A stretch of 64,000 nucleotides of DNA from an uncultured virus (IMG/VR IMGVR_UViG_3300025120_000038). Its lineage: Duplodnaviria; Heunggongvirae; Uroviricota; Caudoviricetes. Shown here piece by piece: positions 26,067-34,166 of the stretch; the stretch's first letter is position 1, and every line of letters starts with the position of its first letter. The translations under genes and the position numbers were made by a program. The notes beneath the pieces were generated by a model, which did no database searches, was not told where the DNA came from, and saw nothing but the letters and a program-made list of their open reading frames with translations. The stretch is from IMG/VR virus record IMGVR_UViG_3300025120_000038; one strand, written 5' to 3'.

Positions 26067-26654
26067 ATGAAATTAACAGAAAAATTAAGCAAAATACAAT
26101 TTGAATTTAAAGCAAAAAAGTCTAGGTTTAACAACTTTGGAAAATATAACTTTAGATCAGCAGAAGATATATTAGAGGCATTAAAACCTTTTAATAATAA
26201 ATATAATGTACATTTTATAGTAAAAGAAAACTTAACATTAGGTGATTTTCCTATTATGCACACTACAGCTTCTGTTATTGATAATGAATCTAAAGAAGAA
26301 ATATTTGCTACAGCATTAGTTGGAGTTGATTTAGATCAAAAAGGTATGCAAATGCCACAAAAGTTTGGTAGTGCATCATCTTACGGTAAAAAATATGCAT
26401 TAGGTAATCTTTTATTGATAGATGATACTGCAGACGCAGATGCAACAAATACTCACGGTAAAGAACCACAAAGACAAACTTTAAAAGCTAAAGTTAATGC
26501 TTTAGAAAATAAAGTTATGGCAACTAAAAAACCTATAGTAAATATGGATAATATAGATCAAGCTAAAAAGTTTCTTTCTAATGGTGGATTAATGAAAACA
26601 TTAGAAGAAAAATATACAATTACTAAAGAAGCTTTAACAGCTCTAAATGGATAA
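26067..26654 (+). CDS. ERF-family ssDNA annealing protein
   Basis: NNFGKYNFRSAEDILEALKP...QKFGSASSYGKKYAL...DDTADAD. Confidence 0.9.
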   Translation: MKLTEKLSKIQFEFKAKKSRFNNFGKYNFRSAEDILEALKPFNNKYNVHFIVKENLTLGDFPIMHTTASVIDNESKEEIFATALVGVDLDQKGMQMPQKFGSASSYGKKYALGNLLLIDDTADADATNTHGKEPQRQTLKAKVNALENKVMATKKPIVNMDNIDQAKKFLSNGGLMKTLEEKYTITKEALTALNG

Positions 26655-27378
26655 AAAAGAAATAATTGAAAGGTTAAAAAATGATGAAGATTATTATGGC
26701 AATTTTGGAAAACAATATCTTAGCAATAGCGATATATCTTCATTATTAAATAACCCTCTTGAATTTAAAAAGCCATCCCCTCCAAACCCAGCATTTGTGA
26801 TCGGTGGTTACTTTCATACTTGTATTTTAGAACCTCAAAAATTAGATAAATACAAAATAATAAAAGCTAACACTAGAAATACAAAAGCTTATAAAGAAAT
26901 TGCTGGAGAAGATATTTGCTTATTACAACATGAAGCAGATAAAATAGAAAAAATGAGAGAAACTGTACTTGAAAATGAATTATTTAAAGACATGATAGTT
27001 GATGGAGCTGTAGAATACGAAGTTCCCGGTATCAAAAAATTAAATGGTTTAATGTGGAAAGGTAAAGCGGATATTATTAATCACTCTCATCAATTAGTTG
27101 TTGATTTAAAAACAACTAATAATATAAATGCATTTGCAAATTCAGCTTATAAATATAATTATGATAGTCAGGCTTATATTTATTCAGAAATGTTTGGATA
27201 TGAATTAGTATTTATAGTTATAGATAAAAAAACTTTACAAATGGGATTATTTGATTGTAGCGATAAATTTTTGCAATCTGGATCAAACAAGGTTGCATTA
27301 GCAGTACAAGCATATAACGAATTTTTTGTAAATGGCGACGGAGATTTTAGCCAATATTATATCTCCAAAACACTTTAA
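26647..27378 (+). CDS. RecE/exonuclease VIII-like PD-(D/E)XK nuclease
   Basis: LSNSDI...GGYFHTCILEP...KGKADI...DLKTT...YDSQAYIY. Confidence 0.85.
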   Translation: MDKKEIIERLKNDEDYYGNFGKQYLSNSDISSLLNNPLEFKKPSPPNPAFVIGGYFHTCILEPQKLDKYKIIKANTRNTKAYKEIAGEDICLLQHEADKIEKMRETVLENELFKDMIVDGAVEYEVPGIKKLNGLMWKGKADIINHSHQLVVDLKTTNNINAFANSAYKYNYDSQAYIYSEMFGYELVFIVIDKKTLQMGLFDCSDKFLQSGSNKVALAVQAYNEFFVNGDGDFSQYYISKTL

Positions 27379-27396
27379 TTAATTAAATTTTATATT

Positions 27397-27564
27397 ATGG
27401 CAAGAACTAAAAAAAGAACTTGTGACGTAACAGGAGTCACTACAAGCGAAAAAAACTTCTATAGTAATCAATCTCATGTAAAAGCAGTTGATAACTTAAG
27501 AAGAGTATCTGGAGCATCTAAGCCTCAGATGAAAAGAATGTTTAATACTTTAACTGCATACTAA
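27397..27564 (+). CDS. Small basic protein (55 aa)
   Basis: Read by hand: MARTKKRTCDVTG...; TAATG-coupled to the SSB gene. Confidence 0.65.
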   Translation: MARTKKRTCDVTGVTTSEKNFYSNQSHVKAVDNLRRVSGASKPQMKRMFNTLTAY

Positions 27565-27869
27565 TGGCAAGTATTATATCATCTAGTATAGACTTAACTA
27601 AAATTGATAAGTCTAAAATTTATGAAGGTAAAAAAGGTAAATACTACCCTATTACAATCGTATTAAATGATGAAGTTGGTCAATATGGTGATTCAGGTTA
27701 TATTCAAACTGAACAAACCAAAGATGAAAGAGATGCTAAACAACCTAAAACATTTTTAGGCAATGCTAAAGTGGTTTGGACTAATGGAGATAACGTAAAT
27801 GTAGCTCCAAGAGAAGATCAACCACAGGCTGCACCAGTAGTAGAAGCTGAACCAGATTTACCATTTTAA
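27564..27869 (+). CDS. Single-stranded DNA-binding protein (putative)
   Basis: GKKGKY motif, acidic tail ending EPDLPF. Confidence 0.7.
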   Translation: MASIISSSIDLTKIDKSKIYEGKKGKYYPITIVLNDEVGQYGDSGYIQTEQTKDERDAKQPKTFLGNAKVVWTNGDNVNVAPREDQPQAAPVVEAEPDLPF

Positions 27870-27870
27870 T

Positions 27871-29583
27871 ATGAATATAACAGAGATCAACGGTTTTACT
27901 ATTGATCAGTTCAATCAGTATGATTTATCAGTGGGAAAAAAAGAGGGTGTTTGCCCTCTTTGCTCTCACGATAGAAAACCTGAGAATCGTAAAGCTAAAT
28001 GCGCTATGTACGATTGGGAACGTGGTCTCGGAACTTGTATGAATTGTGATGAAGTATTTCAATTACATACATTTAAACGCAAAGGTGGTGATGCACATAA
28101 AGTGTATACTAAACCTGAGTGGAAAAATATGGTATTATTAAGTGATAATGCTGTAAAATGGTTTGAGAGCAGAGGTATATCTCAAAAAACTTTAATAAAG
28201 GCTAAAATAACTGAGGGTCTTGAATGGATGCCTCAAGAAAGCAAAGAAGTAAATACTATTCAATTTAATTATTTCATTAATAATGAATTAATAAATATAA
28301 AATATAGAGATGGTAGAAAAAACTTTAAATTGGTTAAAGGTGCAGAAAAAGTATTCTATAATATTGATAGCACTGTGGGCCATGAGTATATTGTTATTGT
28401 GGAAGGTGAGATGGACGCTTTATCTTTTATGGATGCTAAGGTCGATTCTGTGGTCAGTGTTCCAAACGGAGCTACTCTTAATCGCCTTAACCTTGATTAC
28501 CTTGACAACTGCATTGAGTATTTTGATGACAAATCCAAAATTATACTCGCAGTCGATTCAGATGAAGCCGGTCAAAACCTTCAGCAAGAACTTATACGTA
28601 GATTTGGAGCGGAAATATGCTATACAATTGACTTTAAAGGCGCTAAGGATGCTAACGAGTATCTTAATAGTTATGGGCCTTCTATGCTCAAGCGTCTTGT
28701 TGATCAAGCTGTTCCTGTTCCTCTTGAAAACGTAGTAACATTAAATGATATAGATGAAGAATTACAAGAATTTATTCATGAAGGGTTTAAGCCTGGTTAT
28801 CAAGTCGGTCTTAATAACTTTGATGACATCTTTAGTACTTACACAGGGCAGTTTATTACAGTTACAGGAGTACCTAGTAGTGGTAAGTCTGATTTTGTGG
28901 ATAGAATGGTTGTGGGGTACCAATTAAAATATGGATGGAAAACAGCATTTGCATCGCCGGAAAATAAACCTACATTTTTACATGCACATAAACTAATAAG
29001 AAAATTAGGTGATTGGATGCCAAGTAAAGTTGATATTGGCACAGAAAAATGGAATCAAGTAACTGAATTAGTTAATGATAATTTTTATTTTATTGAAAAT
29101 GAAAGATATGATTTAGATTCAGTCCTTTTAAAAGGTGCGGAACTTGTAAAAAGAAAAGGCATAAAATGTTTAGTTATAGATCCATATAATAAAGTAAAAA
29201 TGCATGGAGCTGAAAAAATGAGCATACCAGATGCAACAATGGAGTACTTAACGAGAATTGAAGCGTTTGCTAAAAAATATGATGTTCTTGTTATAGTTGT
29301 TGCACATCCCACTAAAATGTATAAAAAAGAAAATGGAGAAATTGAAGAGCCTAATATGTATAGTATTAAAGGAGGTGGTGAATGGTATGATGCTAGCTAT
29401 CACGGTTTACTTGTTCATCGCGATTATACTAATAAAACAGTTAAGGTTAAAGTTCTTAAAGTTAAATTTCAAAATTTAGGTGAAAATCAAGCTGAAGCAC
29501 ATTTTAGATGGGATCATATAAGCGGTGATTATAAACCTATAGAAAACAATAACCAAAATAGTTTACCATGGGAAGTGGATTAA
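27871..29583 (+). CDS. T7 gp4/Twinkle-like primase-helicase
   Basis: CPLC..C..C Zn ribbon, TOPRIM VEGEMD and DSDEAG, Walker A GVPSSGKS, VIDPYN, VAHP. Confidence 0.93.
   Translation: MNITEINGFTIDQFNQYDLSVGKKEGVCPLCSHDRKPENRKAKCAMYDWERGLGTCMNCDEVFQLHTFKRKGGDAHKVYTKPEWKNMVLLSDNAVKWFESRGISQKTLIKAKITEGLEWMPQESKEVNTIQFNYFINNELINIKYRDGRKNFKLVKGAEKVFYNIDSTVGHEYIVIVEGEMDALSFMDAKVDSVVSVPNGATLNRLNLDYLDNCIEYFDDKSKIILAVDSDEAGQNLQQELIRRFGAEICYTIDFKGAKDANEYLNSYGPSMLKRLVDQAVPVPLENVVTLNDIDEELQEFIHEGFKPGYQVGLNNFDDIFSTYTGQFITVTGVPSSGKSDFVDRMVVGYQLKYGWKTAFASPENKPTFLHAHKLIRKLGDWMPSKVDIGTEKWNQVTELVNDNFYFIENERYDLDSVLLKGAELVKRKGIKCLVIDPYNKVKMHGAEKMSIPDATMEYLTRIEAFAKKYDVLVIVVAHPTKMYKKENGEIEEPNMYSIKGGGEWYDASYHGLLVHRDYTNKTVKVKVLKVKFQNLGENQAEAHFRWDHISGDYKPIENNNQNSLPWEVD
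28310..28735 (+). CDS. Candidate overprinted (+1 frame) multi-pass membrane protein inside the primase
   Basis: 141 codons open; host gene switches from TTA to CTT/CTC Leu codons here. Confidence 0.55.
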   Translation: MVEKTLNWLKVQKKYSIILIALWAMSILLLWKVRWTLYLLWMLRSILWSVFQTELLLIALTLITLTTALSILMTNPKLYSQSIQMKPVKTFSKNLYVDLERKYAIQLTLKALRMLTSILIVMGLLCSSVLLIKLFLFLLKT

Positions 29584-29903
29584 GAAAAAAAAGTAATCAT
29601 AAAGGATTAAATTATGCTTATAATAATTGTTATACTCCTCATAAAGATTATATAAAATGGGATACATATTGTATTAATAATAATATAAGAATTAGCCCTG
29701 TACCTACAGAAAGAGGGCCTAGACCGGAAGAATGGAGAATTGAAGTTCGTTTAGGTCCTTATAAAAAGGGTGAAAAAGGTTATTTATCGCCAAACGTTTA
29801 TGATTGTCATTCAATACTTATTGAATTAGAAAGAATGAAAAGATATTATTATGATAAAAATACGTTACAAAATAATAATAAAAGTGATAATAATATAGGA
29901 TGA
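29568..29903 (+). CDS. Hypothetical protein
   Basis: 111 aa ORF in operon. Confidence 0.65.
   Translation: MGSGLRKKSNHKGLNYAYNNCYTPHKDYIKWDTYCINNNIRISPVPTERGPRPEEWRIEVRLGPYKKGEKGYLSPNVYDCHSILIELERMKRYYYDKNTLQNNNKSDNNIG
29862..29893 (+). promoter_or_regulatory. Class-1 promoter copy 7 (upstream of the TS gene)
   Basis: ACGTTACAA-aataataataaaa-GTGATAATAA. Confidence 0.8.
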
Positions 29904-30721
29904 TAAATATAGAAGAAGAATATTTAGGATTAATGGCTGGCATATTATATGGCGGTAAACCTAAAAAAGATAGAACTAAAACAGGAACTTTAAGTGTATT
30001 TGGAAGAATGATTCATCACGATATGGCTTTAGGGTTTCCTTTATTAACAACTAAAAAAATATTTTTTAATCATGCGCTTACGGAATTATTATGGATTAGC
30101 AATGGTCGTACCGATATTAATTATCTCCGTGATAACGGGGTTACTTACTGGGATGGCGACTACAAAAGATCTGGGAGAAAAGATGGAACACTGGGCCCTA
30201 TATATGGCCATCAGTGGCGTTATTTTGGTGGTGTCGATCAGTTGGCTGACCTTGTCAGAGGCATTAAAGCTGAACCGACCTCACGTAGATTACTGGTTAT
30301 GGCGTGGAATCCTGCTGATAATGGGGATATGGTACTTCCTCCATGCCACTATGGTTTTCAAGTATATTGTAATGCTACACACGTAGATTTAATGTGGCAA
30401 CAAAGATCAGCAGATGTATTTTTAGGTTTACCTTATGATATAGCTATGTACGGATTACTTTTAGAGCTATTAGCTAAAGGTGCGGGATTAAAACCCGGCA
30501 AACTTATTGGTAGCTTAGGTGATTGTCATTTATATAATAATCATTTAGACCAAGCTAAAACACAATTATCAAGAAATATGAAATCTTTGCCTAAATTAGA
30601 ATTAAATAAAGGTATAAAAATAATAAATGATGAATTAATTATTCCTGAACATAAAGATATTAAGATTAATAATTATTATTCACACCCCTCAATAAAAGCT
30701 GAATTATCAGTAGGAACTTAA
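29900..30721 (+). CDS. thyA: Thymidylate synthase-family enzyme with Asn-to-Asp specificity change (possible dCMP-modifying enzyme)
   Basis: DRTKTGT, FPLLTTKK, GPIYG, SRR, LPPCH, QRSAD, CHLY; GLPYDI in place of GLPFNI. Confidence 0.85.
   Translation: MINIEEEYLGLMAGILYGGKPKKDRTKTGTLSVFGRMIHHDMALGFPLLTTKKIFFNHALTELLWISNGRTDINYLRDNGVTYWDGDYKRSGRKDGTLGPIYGHQWRYFGGVDQLADLVRGIKAEPTSRRLLVMAWNPADNGDMVLPPCHYGFQVYCNATHVDLMWQQRSADVFLGLPYDIAMYGLLLELLAKGAGLKPGKLIGSLGDCHLYNNHLDQAKTQLSRNMKSLPKLELNKGIKIINDELIIPEHKDIKINNYYSHPSIKAELSVGT
30072..30386 (+). CDS. Candidate overprinted (+1 frame) 3-TM membrane protein inside the TS gene
   Basis: 104 codons open, three hydrophobic segments with polar loops, GC-shifted codons. 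Confidence 0.55.
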   Translation: MRLRNYYGLAMVVPILIISVITGLLTGMATTKDLGEKMEHWALYMAISGVILVVSISWLTLSEALKLNRPHVDYWLWRGILLIMGIWYFLHATMVFKYIVMLHT

Positions 30722-30731
30722 ATTATATAAT

Positions 30732-31508
30732 ATGGCAATAAAATTAAAAACAGGTAAATATAAAATATATCATATACCCGGCCAAAAAGTTGGCTGTACT
30801 ACTAATATAGAAAAACGCGTTATAAAAGAACAAGGCTTTAAAAGAAGTGAATTTGAAATTATATTTGAAACAGATAATATTAAAGAAGCGGCTGAAGCTG
30901 AAAGAACATTACAAAAAGATTTGGGGTATAAGGTAGATATAAAACCTTATGATAAATTATTTGTATCAGCAGACGGCGTTAAAGTAAATGTTACTGATCA
31001 AACAACAACATTTCCTGTACCTTATAACGAAATAAATGCATTGCATATAGCTGATTTACAATGGGAAACACAATATGGTAAAGTAACTATTGATGCTAGT
31101 GATAAAATAGATTGGATATTAGATAATATAAAAAAGTCAATGTTCTCTAAAGATAGAAGCTATATATATAATAAAGCTCTTTATGAAGCAGGACCATTTC
31201 AAAAACATATGAATACAATAACATTTAAGGATATACGCCAGTGGGCAGAAACGAGAGGTATCACCGCAAATGGTGATAGTAAAACACAGTATGTTAAACT
31301 AATGGAAGAGGCGGGCGAATTAGCTGAAGCATTATTAAAAAAAGATAAAAAAGAAATTAAAGATGCTATAGGCGATATGGTTGTAGTATTAACTAATTTA
31401 TCTTCTTTAGAAGGATTTAAAATAGAAGATTGTATAGATCATGCATACAATGAAATAGTAAACAGAACAGGTAAAATGATTAATGGAACATTTGTAAAAG
31501 ATGAGTAA
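30732..31508 (+). CDS. mazG: GIY-YIG-like N-terminus fused to a MazG-like NTP pyrophosphohydrolase
   Basis: KIYHI...KVGCTTNIEKR; C-terminal KLMEEAGELAEA...DAIGD...AYNEI. Confidence 0.75.
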   Translation: MAIKLKTGKYKIYHIPGQKVGCTTNIEKRVIKEQGFKRSEFEIIFETDNIKEAAEAERTLQKDLGYKVDIKPYDKLFVSADGVKVNVTDQTTTFPVPYNEINALHIADLQWETQYGKVTIDASDKIDWILDNIKKSMFSKDRSYIYNKALYEAGPFQKHMNTITFKDIRQWAETRGITANGDSKTQYVKLMEEAGELAEALLKKDKKEIKDAIGDMVVVLTNLSSLEGFKIEDCIDHAYNEIVNRTGKMINGTFVKDE

Positions 31509-31824
31509 ACACAGAGACCCAATTATAGAAAAAGTAATTAATAAATTTTCTGAACGCAGTAATGTAGGTTATAAAAAATACGGTGTAACTTTACATGATG
31601 ATGAACCTAATTTACATAAATGGCTAAATCATATACAAGAAGAATTAATGGATGCTGTTAATTATATTGAAAAGCTTAAGATGGAAACAACTGATGCTTT
31701 ACAAGAAAAAATATTAAAAGATTATAATGAAAGTATTAATGATATTGAAGTTATAGATCCAGAAACTTTATCTGCATATCCTGAACCGGATTATGGAAAT
31801 AGATGGACACAAACCACCACATGA
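31501..31824 (+). CDS. Conserved phage protein, probable all-alpha NTP-PPase-like fold
   Basis: RSNVGYKKYGVTL...WLNHIQEELMDAVNY. Confidence 0.55.
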   Translation: MSKHRDPIIEKVINKFSERSNVGYKKYGVTLHDDEPNLHKWLNHIQEELMDAVNYIEKLKMETTDALQEKILKDYNESINDIEVIDPETLSAYPEPDYGNRWTQTTT

Positions 31825-32276
31825 AAAAAATTAAAAGAAAGAAAGGGCCTGTTCAATCTAAAAAAATAACTTATGATGGAATTAAATTTGCATCTGGATT
31901 AGAACGGTATACATATATGGCTTTAAAAAAAGCTAAATTATACGAAGGATATGAAAATGAAGTTTTCCAGCTTATCGAAAGTTTTAATTTTAACAATATT
32001 GCTATCGAAAAACAAGCAAACGGAAAAGGTGACTATACTAACAGAGGGCAAAAAAAAATACTGGGAATTAAGTATACACCTGACTTTGTTGGAAAAGACT
32101 ATATAATAGAATGTAAAGGAAGAGCAAATGAATCTTTTCCTATACGCTGGAAATTATTTAAATTATGGCTTACGAACAACAAAATTGGAAAGACGCTTTA
32201 CAAGCCGCAAAATCAGAAGGAAGTAGACCTGACGATAACGCTGATCAAAGAAAGCAGAAGAAGCAATCAAGGTTAA
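31803..32276 (+). CDS. T7 endonuclease I-like nuclease
   Basis: FASGLE...YTPDF...IIECKG. Confidence 0.8.
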   Translation: MDTNHHMKKIKRKKGPVQSKKITYDGIKFASGLERYTYMALKKAKLYEGYENEVFQLIESFNFNNIAIEKQANGKGDYTNRGQKKILGIKYTPDFVGKDYIIECKGRANESFPIRWKLFKLWLTNNKIGKTLYKPQNQKEVDLTITLIKESRRSNQG

Positions 32277-32389
32277 TGTATACCAAGCGTGTGCTTCAAA
32301 AAGAAATTAAACAATTATTAACACAAAAAGTAATAAAATTTACAGAAATTGAGCGAATCCATAACAAACACGGAATTCACATTACCTGA
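32165..32389 (+). CDS. Hypothetical protein (may start near 32276)
   Basis: 74 aa; 5' half overlaps the endonuclease gene in the +2 frame. Confidence 0.45.
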   Translation: MAYEQQNWKDALQAAKSEGSRPDDNADQRKQKKQSRLMYTKRVLQKEIKQLLTQKVIKFTEIERIHNKHGIHIT

Positions 32390-32442
32390 ACATTACAGAG
32401 AAAGAATAGCATTTCATATTAAAATGCTTAAATATTATTTAG

Positions 32443-32595
32443 ATGAAGAACAAAAATATGACAGGCTGGGAGCTTAGCTTTGGCCTATATCCAGGAGTAG
32501 TAATTGGTATTAGGAGTTATCCTGAACCAACATTTGTAGAACATGTGTTCTACTTACCATTTGTAGAAATGTGTATAACAATATATTATGGATAA
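32443..32595 (+). CDS. Small hypothetical protein
   Basis: Read by hand: MKNKNMTGWELSFGLYPGVVIGIRSY...HVFYLPFV. Confidence 0.6.
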   Translation: MKNKNMTGWELSFGLYPGVVIGIRSYPEPTFVEHVFYLPFVEMCITIYYG

Positions 32596-32737
32596 ATTAG
32601 AAGAATATATTTTAAAAAATTATCCTAGAAGATTTAAAGACAAACCTATTTTAATTAAAGAATTTAAAAGTCATTATGAAATTAATCATCATAAAGATGC
32701 AAGCCCTTTAATATTAGGCAAAAATGTAATAAAATGA
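32588..32737 (+). CDS. Small hypothetical protein
   Basis: Read by hand: MDKLEEYILKNYP...HKDASPLILGK; ATGA-coupled to the next gene. Confidence 0.6.
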   Translation: MDKLEEYILKNYPRRFKDKPILIKEFKSHYEINHHKDASPLILGKNVIK

Positions 32738-32943
32738 AAGAATCAAAATTAGTTCAAATGCAAAATAAGCTAGAAGCTTTAGGTGCTGCTATGAACAGAG
32801 TAATACAAGAGCTAGCAAATTTAAAAGATTTATCAATTGGTACCATGGAATTAGTTAAAAACTTTTCTGATTATGAAAGTGCTCTTGAAAAATTAAAAAA
32901 AGATGTTACAGAAAACCAAGAAAAAACACAAAAAGAAAAATAA
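32734..32943 (+). CDS. Coiled-coil hypothetical protein
   Basis: 69 aa, abuts nrdB. Confidence 0.65.
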   Translation: MKESKLVQMQNKLEALGAAMNRVIQELANLKDLSIGTMELVKNFSDYESALEKLKKDVTENQEKTQKEK

Positions 32944-33912
32944 ATGGGATTATTTACAGAAAGAATACCTTACAAACCATTTGAATATCCGGAATATTAT
33001 ACAGATGGTTGGCTTAAACAAGCTCAAGCTTTTTGGCTTCATACGGAGATTCCGATGTCAGGTGATGTTAAGGACTGGAACGAGAAACTCACCGACGGGG
33101 AAAGGAACCTCGTTGGAAATATACTTTTGGGATTTGCGCAAACTGAATGTGCGGTATCTGATTATTGGACGCAAAAGGTGGTTTCATGGTTTCCTAAACA
33201 TGAGATAAGACAAATGGCCATGATTTTTGGGTCACAAGAAACTATACATGCAGTAGCATATTCTTATTTAAATGAAACATTAGGTCTTGAAAATTTTGAA
33301 GCATTTTTACAAGACGAGGCAACAATGAAACGCTTCGATAATTTAATTAGTTATGACGGAAATAACCATACCGGAATTGCAAGAAGCCTTGCGATCTTTA
33401 GCGCCTTTGCTGAAGGCGTTAGCCTTTATTCTGCTTTTGCTGTGTTATATAGTTTTCAACTCAGAAACCTATTAAAAGGTATAGGGCAACAAATGAAATG
33501 GAGTGTAAGAGATGAATCTTTACATTCTAAAATGGGATGTCAGCTTTTTAGGCATATGTGCCAAGAAGATCCTTCTTTACTTAAAGAATGTGAAAAAGAC
33601 ATTTTGTATTCAGCGCAAGCTATGCTTGATGCAGAAGAAAAATATATTGATAAAATGTTTGAGAAAGGCGACATAGCTAATTTAAAAGCATATGATCTAA
33701 AACAATTTATAAGAAAACGTTTAAATGAAAAAATTGCAGAACTCGGGTACAGGGACCACGGGGAATACTTTAAATATGATAGAGACGGAGCAGAACAGCT
33801 TGATTGGTTTTACCATCTTACTGGTGGTCATACTCATACCGATTTTTTTGCTATACGGCCAACGGATTACTCAAAAGCTAACGAAGGCGAAGATTTCAAA
33901 GATATTTGGTAA
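32944..33912 (+). CDS. nrdB: Class I ribonucleotide reductase beta subunit
   Basis: YKPFEYP, ETIHAVAY, AEGVSL, RDESLH, DFF...Y tail. Confidence 0.95.
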   Translation: MGLFTERIPYKPFEYPEYYTDGWLKQAQAFWLHTEIPMSGDVKDWNEKLTDGERNLVGNILLGFAQTECAVSDYWTQKVVSWFPKHEIRQMAMIFGSQETIHAVAYSYLNETLGLENFEAFLQDEATMKRFDNLISYDGNNHTGIARSLAIFSAFAEGVSLYSAFAVLYSFQLRNLLKGIGQQMKWSVRDESLHSKMGCQLFRHMCQEDPSLLKECEKDILYSAQAMLDAEEKYIDKMFEKGDIANLKAYDLKQFIRKRLNEKIAELGYRDHGEYFKYDRDGAEQLDWFYHLTGGHTHTDFFAIRPTDYSKANEGEDFKDIW

Positions 33913-34166
33913 TGAAAAAATTTCTTGAAAGCTTAGTAAAAAGTAGAAAATTATCAGCTAAAGAAAGACTAGCTAATAGGCTAGGATATTTTGGAACAGC
34001 TTTTATAATGATTAGCCCTTATTTATTAGCATATGGCAATGTAGGGGCTATCACATATATTATAGGTGGTATAGTGTGCACGCCACAGGTATGGATTGCT
34101 AAACAATGGAATTTAGTAGCGGTTAATGTTAATGTAACTATAGGTTATTTAATTTATTTATTATGA
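33906..34166 (+). CDS. Small 3-TM membrane protein
   Basis: Three hydrophobic segments; lies between nrdB and nrdA. Confidence 0.65.
   Translation: MVMKKFLESLVKSRKLSAKERLANRLGYFGTAFIMISPYLLAYGNVGAITYIIGGIVCTPQVWIAKQWNLVAVNVNVTIGYLIYLL

Noticed and set aside
25117..32106. Short +1 ORFs in the sigma gene (25117-25239) and endonuclease gene (31951-32106)
   Set aside because: At 40-51 codons they are within chance range and the products are unremarkable; not called individually
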